Shown here: positions 18,835 to 25,740 of the stretch, piece by piece
Position numbering within the stretch: the first letter of the stretch is position 1
How the letters are laid out: every line of letters begins with the position of its first letter
NCBI RefSeq assembly: GCF_001306055.1
Contig: NZ_LGHJ01000007.1
Coordinates: 66,645-98,644, forward strand
DNA from: Bellilinea caldifistulae
Lineage (GTDB): Bacteria; Chloroflexota; Anaerolineae; Anaerolineales; Anaerolineaceae
DNA: 32,000 nt
Reading direction: 5' to 3'
Program-made: the position numbers and the translations under genes
Notes under the pieces: model-generated
The model's database searches: none
The model's input: the letters and a program-made list of their open reading frames with translations, nothing else
What the model was told of the DNA's origin: nothing

Positions 18835-18871
18835 GGCGTTGGTTGTAACTTTTTCAGCCACAACCAACGCC
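18835..18871 (-). other. Intercistronic stem-loop between the SBP and permease genes
   Basis: Perfect 12-bp inverted repeat ggcgttggttgt (18835-18846) / acaaccaacgcc (18860-18871) with a 13-nt loop. No U-tract follows on the transcribed strand. Confidence 0.5.
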
Positions 18872-18884
18872 TTATTCCTCAAAA

Positions 18885-19775
18885 CTATTTAATGTCCTCT
18901 TCGGTTACGTTAAAGGATGGGCCAAAATACTTTTCGTTCAACGCCGCCAGTGTGCCATCCGCTTTCATCGATTCAAGAGCCTTATTAACCGGTTCAACCA
19001 ACGGACTACCCTTTGGAAAGACAAATCCAAGTTCATCACTGGAAATCGAAGGGCCGATCAGCTCCAATTTATCTGCGTTTTGACCCGAATACCCCATCCC
19101 GACAATTTCGTCAATAATGACTGCATCCACATCCCCAGCTATTAATGCTTGAATAGCAAAGGGGAATTGCTCAAAAGCCTTGATTCGTCCTTCAGGTAAA
19201 AACTTAACAGCAGTTTCATAATTGGTAGTGCTGACCTGAGTTCCCATGATTAAAGCGTCATTCTGAGCAAATTCCTCAATGCTGGTGAATCGAGACTCAC
19301 CTTTTCGAACCAATAACCGTTGTTGAATCTGAATATATCCTATAGAAAAATCAACAATTTTCTGACGTTCAGGTGTATTGGTAATTCCATCCGCTGCTAC
19401 ATCGAATTGGCCATCCGAAACGGCCTGAATCATTCCATCCCAAGCTGTTTCAACAAATACAGGGATACAATGCAGGCGGGTACAAATTTCTCGCCAGGCA
19501 TCGTAATCCCAGCCTCCCGGTTCACCAGTTTGAATTGAAATGTAGTTAAAGGGAAGATAGGCATTTTCCACAGCAATGGTGACTTCACGGCATCCCAAAT
19601 CCACAATAGCTGTTTCTGCTGTTCCCAAACAACCTTCTGGCTGAGAAGGCGTGTTAATGCTTGGGCTTTCACCAACATCTCCAGTTGAAGTTGAGCTGGT
19701 ATCCGCTGGACTTCCACAAGCGCTCAAGAACAGCACGATTGCCAATACAAAAACCTTAATAAGTGAATTTTTCAT
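18885..19775 (-). CDS. Polar amino-acid ABC transporter substrate-binding lipoprotein (family 3 SBP)
   Basis: Signal peptide with lipobox 'LFLSAC', followed by a low-complexity linker. The PBPb-like body carries '[11 protein letters not shown]', '[16 protein letters not shown]' and '[11 protein letters not shown]'. SD AAAGGAGG precedes ATG 19775. Confidence 0.85.
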   Translation of the reverse strand: MKNSLIKVFVLAIVLFLSACGSPADTSSTSTGDVGESPSINTPSQPEGCLGTAETAIVDLGCREVTIAVENAYLPFNYISIQTGEPGGWDYDAWREICTRLHCIPVFVETAWDGMIQAVSDGQFDVAADGITNTPERQKIVDFSIGYIQIQQRLLVRKGESRFTSIEEFAQNDALIMGTQVSTTNYETAVKFLPEGRIKAFEQFPFAIQALIAGDVDAVIIDEIVGMGYSGQNADKLELIGPSISSDELGFVFPKGSPLVEPVNKALESMKADGTLAALNEKYFGPSFNVTEEDIK

Positions 19776-19873
19776 CTCTGCCTCCTTTGGTTTTCGATAC
19801 TTTATATTATGATATTATTTATCCAATTTCAATAATTGATTTCTAACTCTCGCACCTCCAGGAAAATTGGTTA

Positions 19874-19905
19874 TAAAAAAACCCTCCCGTTTGGGAGGGT
19901 TTTTG
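19874..19905 (-). terminator. Intrinsic terminator inside the 5' leader of the ABC/glutamate operon (structurally bidirectional)
   Basis: Minus-strand RNA reads CAAAAACCCUCCC-AAAC-GGGAGGGUUUUUUU. This gives an 8-bp GC-rich stem (19881-19888 / 19893-19900), a 4-nt loop and a U7 tail (A-run 19874-19880 on plus). Confidence 0.7.
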
Positions 19906-20010
19906 TTCTCAATTAACTGGTGTTAACCATTAAGGCTAAGCGCCAAAAACCGCTCCCTGTTTGTAGGTTCGGTTCTTTGGGGTACGCTTAGCATTGGTTT
20001 GGAAAAACAT
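19906..20010 (-). promoter_or_regulatory. Structured 5' leader RNA (candidate riboswitch/attenuator sensor domain)
   Basis: It lies downstream of the promoter at 20017-20045. A long imperfect rod hairpin spans 19927-19997 (8-bp GCUAAGCG/CGCUUAGC plus 10-bp CCAAA(G)AACCG/CGGUUUUUGG) and a 5-bp mini-hairpin spans 19913-19926. It contains GGGAGCGGUUUUUG, which can alternatively pair with the terminator 5' arm. Confidence 0.4.
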
Positions 20011-20016
20011 AGCAAT

Positions 20017-20045
20017 TTTATAGCACCATTGACAGGATATGTCAA
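20017..20045 (-). promoter_or_regulatory. Sigma70-type promoter driving the leader and ABC/glutamate operon
   Basis: Minus-strand reading is TTGACA (20045..20040), a 17-nt spacer, then TATAAA (20022..20017). Confidence 0.55.
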
Positions 20046-20149
20046 GAACAATTTCTGGCATTTTCCATCCAATTTTTCAGGTGTTTCGCTCAGGCTTATA
20101 CTTTTAAGTACCCGGTCAGATTTCTCCTGACAAAAACCAAAATTTTTCC

Positions 20150-20178
20150 TTGACGGTTATCCGACATACGACTAAAAT
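20150..20178 (+). promoter_or_regulatory. Sigma70-type promoter of rplY
   Basis: TTGACG (20150-20155), a 17-nt spacer, then TAAAAT (20173-20178). It lies about 85 nt upstream of ATG 20263. Confidence 0.6.
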
Positions 20179-20262
20179 AATCCGTCGGCTGTCAAGTCGA
20201 AAATCTAATTCATAGAGCGAGGGTAACCTGTCAAGGTGAGAGGCGCTCGAGGACGGAAAAAA

Positions 20263-20910
20263 ATGGAAAAGCTCGTAATTCAGGCAACTCGGCGATCGGT
20301 AACCGGTAAAAAGGTGGGAGCACTTCGAAGAGAAGGCAAGCTACCCGGCGTACTTTACGGTTATCAAACAGAATCTACTCCAATCCTAATGGAGCTGCGT
20401 GATGCCAGTCGTGTGCTTGCCCACGCATCATCATCTCAATTAATCACAATCAATTTAGATGGAAAAGAATTTGCCACTCTGGTCCGCGAAAAACAACGTG
20501 ATTTCATCAAAGGCACACTGCTCCACGTTGATTTTCAGGTGGTTTCTTTGACGGAAAAGATTCGCACCAATGTTGGCATTGAACTCAGCGGCACATCTCC
20601 TGCCGTCAAAGATTACAACGGCGTTATCGTGCAGGAATTGGATGAGATCGAGGTGGAGGCTCTTCCACAGGAACTGCCCGATAAGTTTGTCGTAGATATT
20701 TCAGGTCTAGCGAAAATTGGTGATGCGATATTTGTGAGGGACTTAACGGTTCCCAGTAGCGTCGAAATCCTCAACGACCCGAATGAAGTGATCGTCATAG
20801 TCACCGGTGCTGCTCCTGAAATCAGCGAGGAAGAAGAAACCGCCGAGGAGATCTCGGAGCCGGAAGTCATCGAACGCGGCAAGAAAGAAGAAGTGGACAT
20901 CGAAGACTAA
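20263..20910 (+). CDS. rplY: 50S ribosomal protein bL25, long Ctc (general stress protein) form
   Basis: 'MEKLVIQATRRSVTGKKVGALRREGKLPGVLYG' is the L25 N-terminal pattern, followed by the second beta-barrel domain and an acidic tail 'EISEEEETAEEISEPE'. ATG 20263 has GAGGA 9 nt upstream, so the 9-codon extension from 20236 is rejected. Confidence 0.9.
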   Translation: MEKLVIQATRRSVTGKKVGALRREGKLPGVLYGYQTESTPILMELRDASRVLAHASSSQLITINLDGKEFATLVREKQRDFIKGTLLHVDFQVVSLTEKIRTNVGIELSGTSPAVKDYNGVIVQELDEIEVEALPQELPDKFVVDISGLAKIGDAIFVRDLTVPSSVEILNDPNEVIVIVTGAAPEISEEEETAEEISEPEVIERGKKEEVDIED

Positions 20911-20933
20911 AACAATTCTTGATCAGGATTGGC

Positions 20934-20969
20934 GAGCAGCACAAATCGGTTTTGTGCTGCTCTTTTATT
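20934..20969 (+). terminator. Intrinsic terminator of rplY
   Basis: 12-bp stem gagcagcacaaa (20934-20945) / tttgtgctgctc (20951-20962), followed by TTTTATT. Confidence 0.8.
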
Positions 20970-21056
20970 AAAATCTACAACAACCAACAGAGAGCCTAAC
21001 GGCACAATCCTTGCACCTTCCCAAGCAAAATTCAACCTCAACAAAGGTTTTCGCAA

Positions 21057-23972
21057 ATGTCTCATCAAAGCCATTATCCTTTCTCGATTGATCTACTTCT
21101 CAAACTCAGCGAAGACGCTGTTCTGGTTTTTTCTCCCTTAACAAAGAAAGTAATTCGCTTTAATCATAAACTTGTTGACTTATTCAATGGGGAAACCATT
21201 GACCATATTCTTCTGGAGCGGTTGTTTTTCTCCAATCCTGCCGGTCGTGATGTGATTACCGCTCGGAGTGGCAGCATAATTCGGCTTAGAAATTTCAAAA
21301 TCGGCAAAGATAACCGCCATCTTGAAGTTCGTTTGAAAAATATCGAGGATAAAGACCTCGGAAATTTAACCATTGCCATCATCAAAGACTTGACCCAGCA
21401 ATTTAAGTGGCAAAAAACTCAGGAAGCTCTCTTAAAAATTGCCGAAAGCGTTGCCACCAGTAAGGATTTATCGGATTTACTGGTTCAATTCCATAACATA
21501 ATTCGCCAGATAATGCCCGCCAATAATTTTTATGTGGCACTTTACCATCCCGATCAAAATCAGATCTCATTCCCGTATTATGTAGATGAATTTGATTCCC
21601 CACCTCTACCTCAACCCCTGGGCAGGGGGTTGACCGACTATGTTATTCGCAGGAAAACTCCATTATTGGTAACGCCGGAAATCTTCGAAACCTTATTAAA
21701 AACCGGGGAAGTCGAAGCGATTGGCGCACCCTCAATTGACTGGTTAGGAGTACCTCTCCTAGCCCGGCAAGTAATCATTGGCGCAATGGCAGTTCAGAGT
21801 TACCAACACGAAATTCGCTACACACAGGAAGACCTCCAATTTTTGACCATTGTTGCACCTCATCTTGCGAATGCCATCCTCATCAAGCAAGCAGAAATCG
21901 AACAAAAACAACAACATGATTTAATAAAAAGTATTTTCGACAATTCACCAAATGCCATCGTTTTAACGGATTTGAAGGGAAATTTCATTGATTGTAACCC
22001 CGCATTTACCACACTATTGAACGTTCAGTCAAAAGATAGAATTATTGGGAAAAATGCACTTGAATTCATTATTCCCGAAGACCACCAAAAGGCTATTCGA
22101 TACTTCAATCAAGTCATCGCTTCTCACACACCACTTGAAGATGAATTCACTGGATTGACTTTAGATGGTCAAAGGTTAATTTTAAAAATAACAGCCTCGC
22201 CCATTAAAAACGAGAATCAACAACCCCAATATATCGTGGGAATTTTCAATGATATTACACAACAGCGAACTTCTGAAACGGCCCTCAAAATCAGCGAGGA
22301 AAGGTACAAGCTCGCTTCAGAAGGCGCGAATGATGGGATTTGGGATTGGGATCTTCTGGCTAATCGCATTTATTATTCACCCCGCTGGAAGAAACTCCTC
22401 GGTTATTCCCCAGATGAGATGTCCGATTCCCCCGAGGAGTGGTTCAACCGCATTCACGAAGATGATCTACCAGGCGTGAAATCAAACTTAGAAGCTCACT
22501 TATCAGGATTGATACCCCATTTCGAAACCGAACATCGCATTCGTCACCGCGATGGTGAATATCGCTGGGTACTCGCTCGAGGAATGGCCGTGAAAAGCGA
22601 GTTTGGCAACCCTCACCGTATCGCCGGCTCTTTGACCGACATCACCCGCCAAAAGGCGAACGAAGATCAGCTTATTCATCAAGCCTTGTACGACCGTCTG
22701 ACCGGCCTGCCTAACCGCATCTTATTCATTGAAAGGCTCGATCAAGCGATCAAACGTTCAAAAAGGCATGAAGAACCCACCTTTGCAATTCTCCTTTTAG
22801 ATTTGGATCGCTTTAAACTAGTCAATGATAGTTTGGGTCATCGTGTGGGAGATCAAATGATTGTCGAAGTTTCCCGCCGATTAGATGAATGCCTGCGGGC
22901 AGAAGACACCATTGCGCGACTGGGTGGCGACGAATTCGCCATTTTACTCAATGACCTGCACGATCCGTACGAAATTATCCAAATCATCAATCGCATTCAA
23001 AGGGAAATAAGCCGTCCGCTTGTTGTTGAAGGGAATAAAGTCTTTACCACTTGCAGCATAGGGGTTGCAATAGCCAATCCCGATACGGATTCCACAGAAG
23101 CCATGATGCGCGATGCCGATACTGCCATGTACGAAGCCAAAGCACAAGGAGGAAACGGCTATATGATTTTTGATAAAGTTATGCATGCTAAAGCCGTAAC
23201 CCTATTAGACATGGAAACGCACCTGCGGCAAGCGCTTTCCAGAGGCGAATTGGTGGTTTATTATCAACCCATCTTTGATGCTTTCACCCAAAGAGTGGTT
23301 TATGTTGAGGCTTTGCTCCGCTGGAATCATCCCAAACATGGAATTGTACTTCCCAACCAGTTCATTGATCTGGCAGAGGATACTGGTTTAATCCTTCCTA
23401 TTGGTGAATGGGTTCTCCGGGAGTCCTGTACCCAACTCAAGAAATGGCAGGCATCCGGGATGAAAAATCTGAAAGTCTCAGTTAATTTTTCTGCCCGGCA
23501 ATTCCAGCAAACCGATTTACCCTCAATGGTGCGGGACGCGCTTGTACAAACTCAACTCGACCCCGCCTCTCTGGTTATTGAAATTACGGAAAGTCGCAAT
23601 TTTTCACAATTCGAGAAATTCGAAACCATGTTGTGGGAACTTCGCGGTTTAGGTGTAAAAATATCCATTGATGATTTTGGAACCGGTTATTCATCGTTGA
23701 GCACCATTCAACGATTACCGGTCAACACCATCAAAATCGGACAAAATTTCATCTCTCAAATAGGGGTACAAAAAGAAAATGACTTAATCATCCAATCCAT
23801 GATTGAAATGGCGCATCGCCTCGGGTTAAGTGTCATTGCCGAGGGTGTTGAAACCGAAGAACAGCTGACAGCCTTGAGAAGATTTCATTGCGATATGATC
23901 CAGGGTTTTCATTTTAGTAAACCTGTAAAAGCAAATGAGATCGAAAATTATCTGAAACCAGCGGATTATTAA
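21057..23972 (+). CDS. Cytoplasmic c-di-GMP signalling protein: PAS-like - GAF - PAS - PAS - GGDEF - EAL
   Basis: 971-aa ORF with no TM segments. GAF region: 'LLKIAESVATSKDL...WLGVPL...IGAMAVQSY'. Two PAS domains: 'IFDNSPNAIVLTD', 'ASEGANDGIWDWDL'. The GGDEF domain has an intact 'RLGGDEFAIL' with RxxD 'RAED' exactly 5 residues upstream. The EAL domain has 'VEALLRW', 'EITES', 'DDFGTGYSSL' and 'IAEGVET'. Confidence 0.9.
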   Translation: MSHQSHYPFSIDLLLKLSEDAVLVFSPLTKKVIRFNHKLVDLFNGETIDHILLERLFFSNPAGRDVITARSGSIIRLRNFKIGKDNRHLEVRLKNIEDKDLGNLTIAIIKDLTQQFKWQKTQEALLKIAESVATSKDLSDLLVQFHNIIRQIMPANNFYVALYHPDQNQISFPYYVDEFDSPPLPQPLGRGLTDYVIRRKTPLLVTPEIFETLLKTGEVEAIGAPSIDWLGVPLLARQVIIGAMAVQSYQHEIRYTQEDLQFLTIVAPHLANAILIKQAEIEQKQQHDLIKSIFDNSPNAIVLTDLKGNFIDCNPAFTTLLNVQSKDRIIGKNALEFIIPEDHQKAIRYFNQVIASHTPLEDEFTGLTLDGQRLILKITASPIKNENQQPQYIVGIFNDITQQRTSETALKISEERYKLASEGANDGIWDWDLLANRIYYSPRWKKLLGYSPDEMSDSPEEWFNRIHEDDLPGVKSNLEAHLSGLIPHFETEHRIRHRDGEYRWVLARGMAVKSEFGNPHRIAGSLTDITRQKANEDQLIHQALYDRLTGLPNRILFIERLDQAIKRSKRHEEPTFAILLLDLDRFKLVNDSLGHRVGDQMIVEVSRRLDECLRAEDTIARLGGDEFAILLNDLHDPYEIIQIINRIQREISRPLVVEGNKVFTTCSIGVAIANPDTDSTEAMMRDADTAMYEAKAQGGNGYMIFDKVMHAKAVTLLDMETHLRQALSRGELVVYYQPIFDAFTQRVVYVEALLRWNHPKHGIVLPNQFIDLAEDTGLILPIGEWVLRESCTQLKKWQASGMKNLKVSVNFSARQFQQTDLPSMVRDALVQTQLDPASLVIEITESRNFSQFEKFETMLWELRGLGVKISIDDFGTGYSSLSTIQRLPVNTIKIGQNFISQIGVQKENDLIIQSMIEMAHRLGLSVIAEGVETEEQLTALRRFHCDMIQGFHFSKPVKANEIENYLKPADY

Positions 23973-24565
23973 TCGTTTGTTGAGACCAGACCGAGTTTTT
24001 CCAAAAAATCTAACAAAATTCGAGCAGAAATCCCCCACAATTGCTCCCCGTCATAAGGTCTGTAAAACACGACACCTCGCCGAAGACCAAAAGGCGAAAG
24101 CCAGTCCCGAATCACAAAATTCTCCTTCTTGATGAGCCAATCTAAAGGAATAGTAAATACCCGGCTGACTTCACTGGGATTAATTTTTAAAGGGACTGGC
24201 CATTGGATTTGGGCGACTACCGGAAAAATGGTGTAGCCAGTAACCGATTCGTGCGGCAAAAGCTGACCCAAAACCTGAACATAGTCTGGTTTCAAGCCAA
24301 TTTCCTCTTCAGCCTCTCGCAAGGCAGCCGTCAAGGGGCTGTCATCGGTTGGTTCGATCGCTCCTCCTGGAAACGAAACCTGTCCTTTGTGGTCATTGAC
24401 CGAGTCAGACCTGCGAGTGAAAAGGATGCTCCATTGGCTCTTTTCGTGGATCAAAGGCATTAAGACCGCTGCATATTTTCCCTTCACCGGAAAAGAGCGA
24501 ACTGGATAGTTTATTCTTGAATTGAGACGACTCTTAATTTGTTCGGCTGTCAAAGAAATTTTCAT
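23969..24565 (-). CDS. Nudix hydrolase, CoA pyrophosphatase (NudL/Pcd1-like) type
   Basis: The CoA-type motif 'ILFTRRSDSVNDHKGQVSFPGG' directly precedes the Nudix box 'GGAIEPTDDSPLTAALREAEEEIGL'. The start is uncertain: ATG 24565 or the TTG at 24589. Confidence 0.8.
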   Translation of the reverse strand: MKISLTAEQIKSRLNSRINYPVRSFPVKGKYAAVLMPLIHEKSQWSILFTRRSDSVNDHKGQVSFPGGAIEPTDDSPLTAALREAEEEIGLKPDYVQVLGQLLPHESVTGYTIFPVVAQIQWPVPLKINPSEVSRVFTIPLDWLIKKENFVIRDWLSPFGLRRGVVFYRPYDGEQLWGISARILLDFLEKLGLVSTND

Positions 24566-24585
24566 TTGAACCGACCACGTGCAAA

Positions 24586-25440
24586 TCAATCCTCAATGTC
24601 TTCTTCGCCGCCCTCTTCTAAATCATCTATTGAATCATTTGTGTTTTCGAGCAAAACCGGGCGCGCAAAAATCAAAAAACCCGTGTGAGCAACCATACGA
24701 TCAACAGGACGGAAACGTTCCGGCTCAGGTTTGTAATAGCGAAGCAAGACTTCACAAACATCCACAAAAGCAAAATCAAATTGACGTAAAGCCAGTAATA
24801 ACCGAGAAACCTGATTGGCTGTGGGTAGAATGCTTCCAAAAAAACCGCCCAATTTTAAGGCGCTCCGCGCATGATGAATATAATCATACGGATTTGGTAA
24901 ATCCAGAAAAAGCGCATCCACCCCCTCTTCATCAAAACCTTGTTCAGCAGTCAATTCCCGCAATTTGAATTCAACACGATCCTCAAGACCCAGTCGGCTG
25001 ATATTCTTGCGAGCCAGTTTTTGCATCTCTTCTCTGGCCTCATAGGTGATCACTTTACCGCTGTTCCCCACCGCAAACGCCATAGCAGAAGTCAACGAAC
25101 CTGACCCGGTTCCGGCCTCAAGAACAACCTGTCCTTCACCAATCCCCATCTGGATAAGGATAAAACCAATATCTTTTGGATAGAGGATTTGAGTATTCCT
25201 GGGTAATTCTTTTAACAAATCTCCCAAGGCAGGCTGCAACACATAAAACGGATTGCCCAGATGGCTTCTAACACGGCTGCCCCACGGTTTACCGATAATG
25301 TCATCAAATCGAACAATCCCCCGATGCGTCTGTAACTCACCGCCTTGTTTAATTCTGACGATAAAACTCTTGTGACGCAGCCCAACCAGCTGAGCCAAAT
25401 CACCATCATTCACCGTTGTACCATGTAAATTCCAGGTCAA
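24586..25440 (-). CDS. trmI: tRNA (adenine-N1)-methyltransferase TrmI/Gcd14 family (m1A58)
   Basis: 'LQPALGDLLKELPRNTQILYPKDIGFIL' and the SAM motif 'VLEAGTGSGSLTSAMA' are present, with an acidic tail. The track ORF reaches 25509 but would overlap the upstream membrane-protein gene by 62 nt. The TTG at 25440 lies 7 nt after that gene's stop, next to GAGGGA, and is my preferred start, though it remains uncertain. Confidence 0.8.
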   Translation of the reverse strand: MTWNLHGTTVNDGDLAQLVGLRHKSFIVRIKQGGELQTHRGIVRFDDIIGKPWGSRVRSHLGNPFYVLQPALGDLLKELPRNTQILYPKDIGFILIQMGIGEGQVVLEAGTGSGSLTSAMAFAVGNSGKVITYEAREEMQKLARKNISRLGLEDRVEFKLRELTAEQGFDEEGVDALFLDLPNPYDYIHHARSALKLGGFFGSILPTANQVSRLLLALRQFDFAFVDVCEVLLRYYKPEPERFRPVDRMVAHTGFLIFARPVLLENTNDSIDDLEEGGEEDIED

Positions 25441-25447
25441 AGTTCCC

Positions 25448-25738
25448 TCACAATTTTTTATTCGTTTTTCGTTCTGGTTCAACCTGAACAAGGCTAAGCC
25501 AGTATCCAACTGCTAAAGTAACAAAGCTTCCAATGGTCGCCGGGCCAATGTTTAATTGTCCAACCTTGAAAAATTCCCATCCAACCAGTCCCCCCAACCA
25601 ATGGCCACCCCAAAAACCAATCCATGCAAAGACCAGGTAAAGCCCAAGCCTGATCAGGCTTCCGCCACGCCAGAGATGAAATACAGATCCATAGAGGGTG
25701 GCAATGACCATTCCTAACAAAACCGATTGAAAGATCAT
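25448..25738 (-). CDS. Small integral membrane protein (about 3 TM, Gly/Trp-rich; possibly GlsB/YeaQ/YmgE-like)
   Basis: 96-aa ORF. It is translationally coupled, with ATG 25738 lying 2 nt after the mnmA stop. It has three hydrophobic segments with GxxxG-like spacing ('WIGFWGGHWLGGLVGW'). The family assignment is a weak impression only. Confidence 0.55.
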   Translation of the reverse strand: MIFQSVLLGMVIATLYGSVFHLWRGGSLIRLGLYLVFAWIGFWGGHWLGGLVGWEFFKVGQLNIGPATIGSFVTLAVGYWLSLVQVEPERKTNKKL

Positions 25739-25740
25739 TT

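Noticed and set aside
19881-19907. Hairpin plus T-run read as a plus-strand terminator
   Set aside because: No plus-strand gene or promoter lies upstream of it. The longer U7 tract and the upstream promoter are on the minus strand, so I assign function to the minus strand.
19966-19975. GGTTCGGTTC resembling a tRNA T-loop; possible tRNA in the 19776-20262 intergenic region
   Set aside because: No flanking T-stem, acceptor stem or anticodon arm can be drawn. The segment is better explained as part of the rod hairpin of the leader RNA.
20185-20262. Possible autoregulatory structure in the rplY 5' UTR (pairing of tccgtc 20181-20186 with gacgga 20252-20257 over the SD)
   Set aside because: The 5' partner lies at or upstream of the predicted transcription start (about 20184-20186), so it may not be in the RNA. 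The remaining pairings (GAGCG/CGCUC) are short. L25 autoregulation is only established in gammaproteobacteria.
20929-21141. 70-aa plus-strand ORF spanning the rplY terminator and the start of the GGDEF-EAL gene
   Set aside because: It begins inside the terminator hairpin, overlaps the well-supported 971-aa gene out of frame, and has no SD.
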